The translations under genes were made by a program, and so were the position numbers. The notes under the pieces are model-generated. The model was not told the origin of the DNA. It saw only the letters and a list, made by a program, of their open reading frames with translations, and did not search any database. This document shows positions 30,529-41,600 of a stretch of DNA of 64,000 bases, in pieces (positions within the stretch are counted from its first letter, which is position 1; the number at the start of each line of letters is the position of its first letter). The stretch comes from Candidatus Spongiisociaceae bacterium (GTDB lineage: Bacteria > Actinomycetota > Acidimicrobiia > Spongiisociales > Spongiisociaceae). The stretch spans positions 320,001 through 384,000 of the forward strand of contig OZ253564.1 in the NCBI GenBank assembly GCA_965262915.1, in the 5' to 3' direction.

Positions 30529-30658
30529 CCGGCGATTCTACGCCCCGCCAGCTGACTTCCGTAGTCGGCAATCCGCAGTCGGTGACCCCTAGCGGCCGGC
30601 AAGGATACCCGGGCTCACCTTCGACCATATAACGCCCAGCCACCCGACACCCTGCAAC

Positions 30659-30681
30659 AGGTGCCAGGTGCCAGGTGCCAG
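30659..30681. repeat. heptamer repeat (AGGTGCC)x3
   Basis: Same unit as the 52874 array. Confidence 0.85.
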
Positions 30682-30775
30682 TCCTCGACGATGGGTTCTG
30701 TCGCCACCGACGGCACGGACAGGACACCAACCCAGCCCAAAAAACACCGAAAATCCTTCAGTCCCGCCAGTCACC

Positions 30776-30805
30776 ACTGACACCTGACACCTAACACCCG
30801 ACACC
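30776..30805. repeat. degenerate heptamer repeat (CTGACAC)x4
   Basis: actgacacctgacacctaacacccgacacct; variant of the same unit on the opposite strand. Confidence 0.7.
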
Positions 30806-31830
30806 TAACCGGGTGGGTTGATCCTGACCTCGGACTCCCATAGGTTGTCATCGGTGTTCACTTCGTCCTCGACCACGGTCAGGCTGAAGGTCAGCAGGTA
30901 CTCGGTGCCGGGAGCGACAGACTCGGGGGCGAACAGCACGGATCCGAGTTCCCCTGGGGCGAGATCCACCGTGTGGCTGTCCGCGGTGGCGACCGCTTCG
31001 CCGGACTCGGTACGGATACCGACAGTGACCTTGAGGCCTTTCTGATCCACGTTGCCGCGGTTGCCGATCACCGCGCTGAACTGCAGCCGGTCCGTCGCCG
31101 GGAAGATGATCTCTCCGTCCTCGCCCAGTCCCCCGGACGGGAGGGGCTCGAACACCACCTGGAGTATGGCGACGTCGGGCCGGACCCCCATCTGGGTGCT
31201 GCCTCGAAGAATGCGGGCCAGCCTCTCAGCGTTGAGGAGCGCCCACTCCTCTCCGATGAAGGCAACAACCGGGAACTCGCTGATGGCGACGTCCAAACCC
31301 TCGATCATTGCGCTTGCCCGGTCCAGGAAACGGGCGTATACGAGATCACCCACCCGCAGGTGCGCGATGGCTCCTCCGAGCCGGTCCACCGGCGCCGTGT
31401 CCATCGGGTTGTCGATCACGTCGGTTGTGGCGGTCCGGAACTCGACCAGGCCAACCGCCCACGAATCGAAGGCCAGATCGAGCATCTCGCGTGCGGCCTG
31501 GGCCGATGCCGGCGTCTCGACCTCCTCCAGGCCGGTCGCCTGATGGGTCATCTCGGAAGCCAACCGGTCCATGAGCAGTTCGAAGTCGTCCCGTGCGAGG
31601 CTCCGGAGTTCGGTCCCGACCAGACGGCGGAACCCGGCTGCCACCTGGGCGACCTCCTGGGACAGGGTTCTGGTGGCGTCCAAGAAGGCCGCTTCGCGGC
31701 GAGTCTCGGTACCTCGATCGTTGACCAGCACTGCGGCTCCGACTATGACCGCCACTGCGAGCACGAACCACCACACGGTGCGCCTGCGACGTGACGGGTA
31801 CCGGCCGGGTCGGAGGTAGTTGCGCGCCAC
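30805..31830 (-). CDS. membrane-anchored protein with C-terminal CARDB/Ig-like domain
   Basis: N-terminal TM segment; PDVAILQV...VIGNRGN...DEVNTDDN. Confidence 0.65.
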   Translation of the reverse strand: MARNYLRPGRYPSRRRRTVWWFVLAVAVIVGAAVLVNDRGTETRREAAFLDATRTLSQEVAQVAAGFRRLVGTELRSLARDDFELLMDRLASEMTHQATGLEEVETPASAQAAREMLDLAFDSWAVGLVEFRTATTDVIDNPMDTAPVDRLGGAIAHLRVGDLVYARFLDRASAMIEGLDVAISEFPVVAFIGEEWALLNAERLARILRGSTQMGVRPDVAILQVVFEPLPSGGLGEDGEIIFPATDRLQFSAVIGNRGNVDQKGLKVTVGIRTESGEAVATADSHTVDLAPGELGSVLFAPESVAPGTEYLLTFSLTVVEDEVNTDDNLWESEVRINPPG

Positions 31831-31850
31831 GGCCGGTCGTCCTGCCCGGA

Positions 31851-32837
31851 TCAGGAGAGCGGGAAGGGTGTCTGGAGCCAGGCCGGGACGTCGGAGACCT
31901 CCACGGACTCGACCCACTTGACCCACCAGAAACCCCGCCGACCGGGCGCCACGATCCGCGCCGGGAAGCCGTGACCGGCGCTCAGCGGGGCGCCGCCTAC
32001 TTCAAGAGCCAGCCAGAGCCGGTCGGCATCGCCCGCCGGGAAGCGACGCCCGTAGCCGGTAACCGAACGAACCCCAATACTCGCTCCATTCACCTCCCCC
32101 AGAAGCCTATCCAGGCGAACGCCTTTCCACTCCTGGGTCGCGTACCAGCCACCGGTGCAGTCGAGCGTGGCCTCGATGATCTCCAGCGGCAGCGCCGCCA
32201 GGTCATCCGGCCCGAGCAGATGGCCGGCCACAGTCACCTCCGCCCGGTCGAGGCGGGGCACCGAATCCGTGAACCACTGGGTGACCGGCATCGCGGCCGG
32301 GTTGCCGCTCCCCCGCTCGTGCGATCCGGTGAAACGGCGTTCTCCGCCCGGCCAGCCGATGGCTCCGACCATGGTCTCCCACCCGGCCAGAACGACACCG
32401 GCTCCGGCGGTGAGCGAGGCCACCCGCACCAGGTTCCGCCTTGCCAGATCGATGGAGCGAGGTCGGACCGGGTGGCGCCGGTAGTGCCAGACCGCCAGGC
32501 CAACCGAGAGGACCGCGGCACCGATGTGTACTTGCATCGTCGCCAGCGGTCCGATAGATCGGACAGTTCCGGTCATCTGTGCCAGTCCCGACCCGATCGT
32601 GATCACAACTGTGAGCGCCAGGGCAATCGACCAGATGGCACCCTTCCGGCGCCTCCGCAGACCCGAGTTCATGATGCGGGATTTCCAGGGTACGAGCAGC
32701 AGGAAGGACAGACCCACAACGCCGTGGGCGATCGTCGCCGCCCGGGACCAGCCGGTCCCGAGGCCTTGGGCGACGAGACCCGAAGCGAGGGCGAGGATCA
32801 GGAGCCCGGCCAGCGCGAGGTTGGTGAACCGCTTCAC
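31851..32837 (-). CDS. membrane-bound molybdopterin-dependent oxidoreductase (sulfite oxidase/MsrP-like)
   Basis: TM helices with His; TLDCTGGW; HGFPARIVAPGRRGFWWVKW. Confidence 0.88.
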   Translation of the reverse strand: MKRFTNLALAGLLILALASGLVAQGLGTGWSRAATIAHGVVGLSFLLLVPWKSRIMNSGLRRRRKGAIWSIALALTVVITIGSGLAQMTGTVRSIGPLATMQVHIGAAVLSVGLAVWHYRRHPVRPRSIDLARRNLVRVASLTAGAGVVLAGWETMVGAIGWPGGERRFTGSHERGSGNPAAMPVTQWFTDSVPRLDRAEVTVAGHLLGPDDLAALPLEIIEATLDCTGGWYATQEWKGVRLDRLLGEVNGASIGVRSVTGYGRRFPAGDADRLWLALEVGGAPLSAGHGFPARIVAPGRRGFWWVKWVESVEVSDVPAWLQTPFPLS

Positions 32838-33184
32838 TCCTTTGCTCCCACCGGGGTTGGGTGGCTCGACGGATTGCGGCTGCCAGGAAAGCTACGCATG
32901 CAGCATCCTGATCGTCTTGCCGATCCGGCGCCGCCGTGTCGCCGGTCGCTTAGGAGAATGCCGAAAAACGGGTGAATACCTGGCCGTCGTCCGCTGACGT
33001 GGAATTTTGTCATCGACCGTCGGGCCGGCGGGGGGTTTCTCAGCACTCTCCTAGCTTCGTCAATCCATTCCAGGTACTCGCGCCGGTGGCTGGGTGGCAG
33101 CTTGCGGAAAGCCGCCCACGCCGCCGGATCTGAATCGAGCGCCGCGGCGAGATCCTCCCGGGTCAGCCCATCATCCGTGCTCAC
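32834..33184 (-). CDS. YdeI/OmpD-associated domain protein (C-terminus possibly degenerate)
   Basis: DLAAALDSDPAAWAAFRKLPPSHRREYLEWIDEA. Confidence 0.6.
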   Translation of the reverse strand: MSTDDGLTREDLAAALDSDPAAWAAFRKLPPSHRREYLEWIDEARRVLRNPPPARRSMTKFHVSGRRPGIHPFFGILLSDRRHGGAGSARRSGCCMRSFPGSRNPSSHPTPVGAKE

Positions 33185-33245
33185 CCCACCAGCCTACGCC
33201 CGTCATGTGGCTAGGTGACCGAGTGCCTTGTACCATGTGGCGGCC

Positions 33246-33330
33246 GGGCGAGTGGCGGAATTGGTAGACGCGCTGGGTTCAGGACCCAGTGAGCATTGAG
33301 CTCGTGGAGGTTCGAGTCCTCTCTCGCCCA
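33246..33330 (+). tRNA. tRNA-Leu(CAG)
   Basis: Acceptor GGGCGAG/CTCGCCC-A, D loop GGAATTGGTAGAC, anticodon arm CTGGG-TTCAGGA-CCCAG, long variable arm, GGTTCGAGTCC. Confidence 0.97.
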
Positions 33331-33421
33331 CCGGGTTCCTACTCGGTCTATCGTCTGTCTCCGCTCGACCACGGACGGGTCGCCGGATTCGTATGTGTGA
33401 ACCGCGGTTCGGCGTTGCCGG

Positions 33422-33736
33422 TTACGACGTGGGGAGGAGGCTCTCGGCGCGACCACCGCTGATCGCGATCAGCCCGGTGGCGCTGTTGCCGCTGATAGCG
33501 ATGACGCCGACCGCGTTCGCTCCCCCTATGGCAACGAATCCGACGGCGTTGACAGCACTTATCGCAACAAGGCCGACCGCGTTCACCCCTCCGAGCGCGA
33601 CCAACCCCAAGGCGTTCAGGACGCTCATCGCGGCCATCCCAAAGGCGTTCAGGACGCCCAAAGCTACGAGGCCGATCGCGTTCCCTCGACTCGCGGCCAC
33701 GGAGCCGATCGTCGTCCACTTGTCGGAATACTCCAT
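33422..33736 (-). CDS. small protein made of 11-aa hydrophobic repeats
   Basis: MEYSDKW... followed by ~7 x NA(I/V)G(L)VA(L/I)xxx. Confidence 0.6.
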   Translation of the reverse strand: MEYSDKWTTIGSVAASRGNAIGLVALGVLNAFGMAAMSVLNALGLVALGGVNAVGLVAISAVNAVGFVAIGGANAVGVIAISGNSATGLIAISGGRAESLLPTS

Positions 33737-33780
33737 CTGGTTTTCCCTTTTCGTCCGGTTCCTGTCGCTCTCGGTCTCTC

Positions 33781-34146
33781 TCAGGCGTCCCTCGTGGTCG
33801 ATGCCCGCATGTAGGCGAGGCCGATCACCGGAACGACTGCAAATACCAGCGGCAGGGGCCAATCACCTTTCACCGTGCCCTGGCCTATCAACAGCGCGAG
33901 CACGAGATCCCCCAGGATGCCGACCAGCAGCAGCGCCAGGGTAGCCCCGAGAAGTCCCCTCCTGAGAGGCTTGGAGGAGGCGACCGCCACCAAGAGCAGG
34001 ATCGCTGCTCCAGGGTGGACAAGGCTCAGGAGGATGCGCTCAGGAATCGTGCCCCCGTCGGCGAAGCTCCCCACCAGAGCGGTGAAGGCAGAAAAGGCGA
34101 GATGAAGGGCGGCCAGGATGATCATCGGTACGCGGAGGTTTTTCAT
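33781..34146 (-). CDS. four-TM membrane protein
   Basis: MKNLRVPMIILAALHL...; AAGGA RBS. Confidence 0.7.
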   Translation of the reverse strand: MKNLRVPMIILAALHLAFSAFTALVGSFADGGTIPERILLSLVHPGAAILLLVAVASSKPLRRGLLGATLALLLVGILGDLVLALLIGQGTVKGDWPLPLVFAVVPVIGLAYMRASTTRDA

Positions 34147-34347
34147 TGGGTCCGTCCTTGCGTCGGATCCCGGTAGCCGGGGCACCGTTGCGGAACCCCT
34201 CCCAGGATGGCCGGGTGCTGTGTCCGGCGAAGTCTAAGGGTCCATGGCTGTGACGAAGGGTCTTCGCTCAGGGAACCGCTGGATGTCAACAGATAAGAGC
34301 CTATGGCTGGACCGTTGGTTAGGCGAGTTGACAGCCCGGCACCGGAC

Positions 34348-34690
34348 TCAGGCGGCGGAGTTGAGCGTCTCCTCGATCATCGAAGGGTTGGCCGCACCGT
34401 CTGTCCGGTGCCGCTCCTTCCCGCCGCGCAGGTATATCAGTGTCGGCGTACCCATGACCGACCATTCATCGGCCAGGTCGGGACTCCGCTCAACGTGTAC
34501 CGCGACGAACCGCCACGCATCGGCGTGGTCCCCGGCGAGGCGCTCCAGACGGAGGCGGAGCACCCGGCACGGGCGGCACCAAGCGCCCCCAGAAGTCGAT
34601 TACCATTCCCCGATCCTCAGAAACGATGACCTCGTCGAGTTCAGCGACCTCTGAGACCTCGCGGATGTAAGCGCTCTCCCCCGTAGGCAC
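34348..34690 (-). CDS. thioredoxin (WCRPC), 1-bp frameshift in G-run at ~34586-34590
   Basis: MVIDFWG / AWCRPCRVL...DLADEWSVMGTPTLIYLRGG. Confidence 0.8.
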
Positions 34691-35274
34691 CCCTCGGCAA
34701 TCTCCTCTTGGCGACACTCCATGCCGGTCTCATATGGCGACTCGGCGCTCGCGTCCAGATTCATCGTGATGTTGAACCTGTTGCCCCAGTTGAAGATGGA
34801 GCAGGCGAACACCATCTCCACGATCTCCTCCTCCGTGAAGAGCCCTCTCAACGAATCGAAGAACTCGTCGGTGACGGTGTGCGGATCGAGTGCTACGCGC
34901 TCGGCGAGCGAGACGGCCAGGGCCTCCCGCTCGGTAAGGACCTCGCCAGGCTGGGGCTGATGCTCGAACAGCGCTTCTTCCTTCGCAGCTACGGCACCGC
35001 TCACGGCGGTGGTTCGCACCGTCTGTCAGTAGCAACAGTCGTTGATCTGTCCGGTCTTCAGCCTCATCATCTCGCGGATGTGCGGCTCGACCGAGCCCTG
35101 GGCGAAGAACGACCCGAACACCGGGATGATCGCCTTCAGCATCTGGGGGTTCTTCCCGATCACCCCGAACATGGCGGAGTCTTCCCACCAGCCGTCGCGC
35201 CCGTCGGCCAGCAACTGGTTTACTTCGGCGTCGGGACTTTCCCCTGGGGACAGAGGCGTGACTCGTGATGCCAT
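34600..35274 (-). CDS. AhpD/carboxymuconolactone-decarboxylase-like protein, probable selenoprotein (CxxU)
   Basis: REMMRLKTGQINDCCY-TGA(35026-35028)-QTVR...LTEREALAVSLAE...DEFFDSLRGLFTEEEIVEM continues in frame. Confidence 0.85.
34986..35025 (-). promoter_or_regulatory. putative bacterial SECIS hairpin
   Basis: After UGA: ACGGU..ACCGC-CGUGA-GCGGU-GCCGU, G-containing loop ~21 nt downstream. Confidence 0.6.
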
Positions 35275-36561
35275 ATGTTGACCCCTCTCGTGGTGGCTTC
35301 CGCGCCGGCGGACACCGCCGCGGCTCTCCGCACGCTGGAGGTCAGTCGATGCGTACCGCGGATGTTTGATCGATGGTGCGCTGCAGGGCAAGGGCGCGGT
35401 ATAGGAAGGTGGCCATCTGGGCCCGGGTAACAGAACGGTCCGGACAGTACCGAAGCGGGTCGGCGGAGCATCCGACGGTGATGCCCACCGCCGCCAAGGC
35501 GTCGATGTTGGCCGCATGCACGCTGCCGCCGGTGTCGGTGAACCCTGCGGTCTGCGCCGGCTGGAGGTCGAGGGCCCTGACCATGAAGGTGGCCATCTGG
35601 GCCCGGGTAACAGAACGGTCCGGGCAGTACCGAGGCGGGTCGGCGGTACATCCGATGGTGATGCCACGGTCGGCGAGGCGTTCCGCGTAGCGGATCCACC
35701 ATTGGCCGGCGGCTACGTCGTCGAATCGGGACGCACCCGCCGTGGGCGGCTCCCCGCCGAGCATACGGATCATCCACACCGCCATCACCCACCGCTGTAT
35801 CGGCTCGTGCGGGCAGAAACGGCCTTCCCCGCACTCGGTATCGACAACCACGCCGTCGGTGGCCAGGGCCCCGATGGCGGGGGCGTGTACACCTTCGGCA
35901 TCGACATCGGTGAACTCGGTCGTGATGCCGACGATCACCGGGGCGTCTGTTGCTCCCGCAGCCGTCTTGGCCCCTCCATGGGTGTCGGTATAGGAGCCGA
36001 CGACCCGTAGAAAGTGGTCCTCATCTGCGGCTATCGGCGTGTAGGCGGCGGTAGTGGCGCCGTCTATGGCCTCCCAAGCGGTGCGAGCCGCGGAACGTTC
36101 CCACTGCCAGGCCAAGTCGGCAACGCCACCGTCCGGATCGACAAGCGCAGCGCCGAGTCGCCTACCGACCCGGGGTTGAGGCACCGACAGGGTGACCTCG
36201 CCGGGTTCGTCCACGTTGGTGACGATGACCGTCACCCCGATCAAGTCGTCCCTGCGCCGGTCGGCCTCTCCTTCGACATCCTTGCTATCACGCACCCCCA
36301 CGGTCACCGTGTAGCTGCTCCTGATCTCGTAATCCGGCGAGGCTCCGGTTCGCAGTTGGCCAGATGACGCGACAAGGTCGAAGGAGTCGGCGTTGGGACC
36401 GCCCAGCGTGTAGGTCAACCCATCGCCCTCCGGATCCACCGCCGTGAGCGGACCACCGATGTTCACACCCGGCTCACTGTTCTCCACCACCGAACGTACC
36501 GTCCGCGACCCCTCCGAGAACTCCGGCGGCTGATTGGCCCCCGGCGGCAGCGGCGCAGGAC

Positions 36562-36632
<71 letters not shown>

Positions 36633-37241
36633 TTTCCGGTGGTCATGCGACGCGGGGGAGTCCCTACCCGGACCACATCGGCTGTCACCGCCTCCTCGTA
36701 CTTGGACGCACCGAAGGTGTCCCGGTAGGTAGCGGCGACCCGCAGGAACCGGCCTTCGTCGCCGGCCGTCGGCTCGTAGGTGGCCGTTTCGGCTCCGGGG
36801 ATAACTATCCAGATGTCCGAGCCGTGCGAATGCTCCCAGGTCCACGCATCAACCAGGACAACACCGTCCGGATCGTCCAAGGTGGCCGTGAGCGGGCTGC
36901 CCACCAGGGGATTGTCCGATGACAGTCCTATCGATCCGTCATCGTCCTCGTTGGTGACCGAAACCACGACATCCAGGGTGCCGGTCTTGCGCTTCCCGTC
37001 GTCGGCTCGGACGGTCAAGTTGTAGTCGTTGTTCCTTCCGCTGTCGGCAGGGGTCTCGTAGTCGGGCTGCTCGACGAAGCTGAGCGCGCCGCCGACGATC
37101 TCGAAGTGGCGGATGTCGCGTCCCACCAACGACCAGTTGATCGAGTCTCCTTCCGGGTCCGTGGCCGTATAGGAGGCTGCGGTGCCCGAGCGGTGCTCTC
37201 CGTAGCGGACTACGGCGTCACCGTCGATGTCAGGCGCCTCG

Positions 37242-38694
37242 CCCGGGTTCAAGGGGTCGTTGCAACACTGCCTTGTTGGAGGGAGTGTAGGTGTTCGTTG
37301 AGGGTCTCGGCGGGGGTCTTCCAGTTGAGGGTTTTGCGGGGTCGGCTGTTGAGTGCTGCAGCGACAGCGTCGAGGTCGCCTCTTGAGTGTCTGTGGAGGT
37401 CGGTGCCTTTGGGGAAGTATTGGCGGAGCAGGCCGTTGGTGTTCTCGTTGGTGCCGCGCTGCCATGGACTTTGGGGGTCGCAGAAGTAGATGTCGAGGTT
37501 GGTGTCTGTGCGGAGCTGGGCGTGTTGTGCCATTTCGACTCCTTGGTCCCAGGTCAGCGAGCGGCGGAGCTGTTGGGGCAGGGTGATGATCGACGCAGCG
37601 ATGGCGTCTCGTACGGCTTGGGCGCCGTGGCCGGCAAGAGGGGGCCCGTTGTGGACCCGTTGCTGTTTTCGGTGGCCTGGCATGGGTGGGAGGTGCAGCA
37701 GCATCGTGAACCTGGTGGTCCGCTCAACCAGCGTCCCGATCGCAGAACTGTGGAGTCCCAGGATCAGGTCGCCTTCCCAGTGGCCTGGCACTGCCCGGTC
37801 GTCGGCCTCGGCGGGGCGTTGGCTGATCATGATCTCGGGAGCAACGAACGTCTTGCGTCGCCTCCGGGTTCGTGCCCTGGGGACCCGCAAAGCTCGCCCG
37901 GTTCGCAAACACGCCACGAGTTCGCGTTTGAGCGCACCCCTGCCTTGCACATAAAGCGCCTGGTAGATCGCTTCGTGAGAGATTCTCATCGACTCATTGT
38001 CGGGGAAATCGACCCGGAGCCGCCTCGAGATCTGCTCAGGGCTCCACGACGTTGCCCACCGTCGATCCTTTCGGGGCCCATGACGGCGACCGACCCAGCG
38101 CACCTGGGGGCCTGGCACCAGCTCACCATCGGGGCGGGCGATAACACCACCGAGACGATCCTGCACATACTCACGAAGTTCGTCGTTCCCAGGCGAGCTT
38201 CGCCACCTTCGGACGGCAGGCACGCCGATCCGAATGCCACTGCGCGGTCGTGGCCCGATACTCCAGGCCTCCGCTACGGGTTGCGGCGTTGCGACGCAAC
38301 TCACGCGAAATCGTCGACGCACACCGACCCAGACGGCGGGCGATCTCACGCACCCCACAGTCGCGGGCGTGGAGAACCGCGATCTCTTCCCGCTCAACAA
38401 AAGACAAATAGCGCCCCCAAACAGGGACAAAAGAAAATGGGACCATCCCGCCATTCTCGCGGAACCAACGCGAACCAACCGCAGGCGACACACCAGCCGC
38501 CACACCGGCATCCTCGCTCGACAACCCACCAGCGATCCCTTCCCAAAACCGCTCCCGATGCTCACGCCGCCCGACCGGCGGACGACCAGGCGACCGCATC
38601 GCCGGCCGCAACGCACGATCAGCCCTACGAACCTTCCTTGCTCCCATTGCAACTCCTCACTCTCGAGACGTTGCGACGACCGTTTGAATCCGCC
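37242..38694 (-). mobile_element. IS30-family insertion sequence
   Basis: Imperfect 25-bp IRs; 3-bp duplication TCG (37239, 38695). Confidence 0.92.
37249..38647 (-). pseudogene. IS30 transposase with one frameshift (~38190)
   Basis: STISRELRRN, WSPEQI, ISHEAIY, GHWEGDL, TWDQGVEM, PWQRGTNENTNGLLRQYFPK. Confidence 0.9.
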
Positions 38695-41600
38695 TCGTTC
38701 TCGTCGGTCACTGTGATGGTCACCGAGATCGAGGCGCTCAAGCCTGATGGGTCGGTGGCCCTGACCGTGAACGTGTACCGGTCCTTGGATTCATGATCGA
38801 GCGAATCCTTGGTACGTATCTGCCCGGTGCCGCGGACGATCGAGAATGCATCCGCCTCGGTGCCTTCCAGGGTGTAGGTCAGGGTGGCGTCCTCGGCGTC
38901 GTTGGCCCGTACCGCCGCGCCCGTATTGACCCCGGCGCGTGTGTTCTCGGCCACGGTGCGCTGCCCGGTCTCTGTCTGCGGGAATACGGGCGCGGTGTTG
39001 GTGACCGTGGCCGCCCGGACCCGCTTGGCCGACACTACCCGAGCCTCCTTTCCCGTACCTTCCCCGTCGGTGTACGAAGCGGTGACGCGCAGATAGTGGT
39101 TGAGGTAGGCGGAGACGGGCGTGTAACTCCCGGCAGTGGCACCGTCGATGGTGGACCAGCCACTGTTCCGGCTCGTGGAGTTCTCCCATATCCAGCTGAC
39201 CCCCGTGACCGAGCCGTCAGGGTCCTCCAGATCCGCATCGAGGGCGGTGCCCACCTGAGGCTGGTCGGACGACAGGCTTACCGTGCCGTCCTCATCCAGA
39301 TTCGTCACGGTGACCGTCACCGTCTCGAAAGCCGTGTTGATCCCATCCGAAGCCCCGACCGTCACCAGATAGCTGTTGTCTCGATCTGAATCGGTGGGGT
39401 TCTCGTAATCCGGCACCGTCTCGAATCTGAGTTCGCCGTTCGGAGTGATGGTGAAGTCATCCCGATCGGTTCCAGACAGCGACCAGGTGATCGTCTTGCG
39501 CTCCGGATCCTGCGCCGAGTAGTCGTCCACCAGCCCACCCTGGTTTTCCGGATAGTCGATATCGGTCTCTCCCGTTATCTCCGGCGCTTCGTCTTCGCCG
39601 GTCACGTTCACCGTGGTGTCAGCGGTCACCCGATGCGTCCCGTCGGAGGCAACGACGGTGATCTCGTAACTGTTGTTCCTGCCGGCGTCGGTGGGTATCT
39701 CGTAATCCGGTACCGCCTCGAAGCGGAGTTCGCCGTTCGGAGTGATGGTGAAGTCATCGCGGTCTGTTCCCTCCACCGACCACTCGATAGTGCCATTCTC
39801 CGGGTCGGTCGCCGTGTAGAGATCGACCCGTTGGGTGTCGTTCTCGTCGTAGGAGTAAGAGGGCAACGGCCCATCGAGAAGCTCCGGCGGTTCGTTCGCA
39901 TCGGTCACCCTTACGGTGACGGCGATGGTGTCGTCGGTCGATGGGTCGTAGTTGCCGGCGGCATCCTTGCTGTCCTTGACCGATACCTCGAGTGAATACT
40001 CCGTTACCGAACCCTCGTGATCCAGCATCGCATCGCCGCTTACCGAGAACTGGCCGGTCGACAAGTCGATGTTGAACAGCTTGACATCAGGACCCGACAG
40101 GTCGTAGATCAGCGAGTCGCCGTCGTCATCGGTGGCGGCGACCGGCGTCCCGACGTTGGTGCCCTCGCCAGCGTTCTCGGCCACGCTACGTACAGCGCTG
40201 TCACCTTCGTCGAAGGAGGGCGCCTGGTTCCCCGTACCAGGCTTGCCGGTGGCGGTGACGGACCAGGGCCCGTCGACAGCCCCGGTGGTCACGGCCCGTA
40301 CCTGCACGTCGTACTCCGTTCCCTCGGTCAGGCCGGTGATCGTGTACTTCAGGTCTCCCGAGGTCCAAGCGTTGTCCTGGAGGGTCCAGTTGGTGTCGAC
40401 GGCCTTCTCGGCGTCGGTCGACTCGGCATCGATGTGACGCACGTCGTAGGCGGTGATGTCGGACTCGTCGGTGGCGCTGGGTACGTCCCACCCGAGTGCC
40501 AGAGCACCGACCTCAGGGGTGACGGAGACGATGCGGGGGACCTCCGACGGCGTGCTGTGGCCGTAGACGGTGAGGCGCCAGGAGTTGAGCACCGAGGCCG
40601 TGCCTCCCGATACGCGATCGGTCACCCGGAGCGTCCAAGTGCCGGCGGGGTCCTCTCCCAGGTGCCGGGCCGATCCGAAGCGGAAACTGCCCTGCAGTCC
40701 GCATCGCTCCCGGCTCACGCAGTACTCGTCGCGGATGCTGCCGGAGGGGAGATACGGGGCCAGTGTGGACACCGTACCCGTTGGCGATACCAATTCTATC
40801 TCCAGGTCTCTGAAGTTCGGTGCGTTGAAGGTGGCGTTGATCTCGACGAACTCGGTGAACTCCACATCCGAGCCCATGGTGATGCTGCTCGAGACCCGTC
40901 TGCGGTTATCGGGGATCGTCACGGCCCTCCCGGTCGAGGTGGCGGTCTCCTCGACGAGCGCCGGCAGGAGGTCCCAATCGCCCGCCAGGTCAACCGCGGC
41001 CTTGGCGTCCACGACCCCGAACCCGTACTCATGGCTGAACTGGTACGCGTCGGTGTCGGATCCGTACTTGAACGCGCCCTGCTGCCAACTGCTGTTGTAG
41101 GCGTCGTTCTTGCGGGCCGAAGCCGCCAGGATGAGCTTCACGTCCCGCCAGGTCAGGTCGGTGTTGGTGGCGCGTACGAGAGCCGCGACTCCGGAGACGG
41201 CTGGAGCGGCCGAGGAGGTGCCGCCGAAGGAGTCCGTGTAACGGTTGAGGTTTGTCGTGGTGGTGATTCCCTCCCCCCCGAAGTCGTTCGACGGGGCACA
41301 CACCCATAGGTTGGCGCCCTCCTCGGAGTAGATCGACCTCATGCCTTGGTCGTTCACCGCGCAGACCGCGGTGACCCCGTAGTGGTTGGCGTAGCCTTCG
41401 AGGTTGGAGTCGTCTCCCTTGAGAGCTCCGTTTCCGGCGGCCCACACGTAGAGGACGCCCTTGCCGCCGTATCCGGTTGTCATCCCGTTCTCGACTGCCA
41501 TCTGCCAGATCGCCGGGGAGGCGTCCAGTCCGGGCCCGTCCGGCCATCCCCAGCTGTTGTTCGAGACCGCCGTGGTTCCCACATGGTCGGGATGCGCCAT

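Noticed and set aside
28732-30555. 607 aa plus-strand ORF and other long antisense ORFs (52823..55165, 56058..57569, 59114..60541)
   Set aside because: Shadows of well-supported opposite-strand genes in high-GC DNA
33246-33330. tRNA-Leu as an integration site for downstream accessory genes
   Set aside because: No duplicate of its 3' end and no integrase seen downstream in the window
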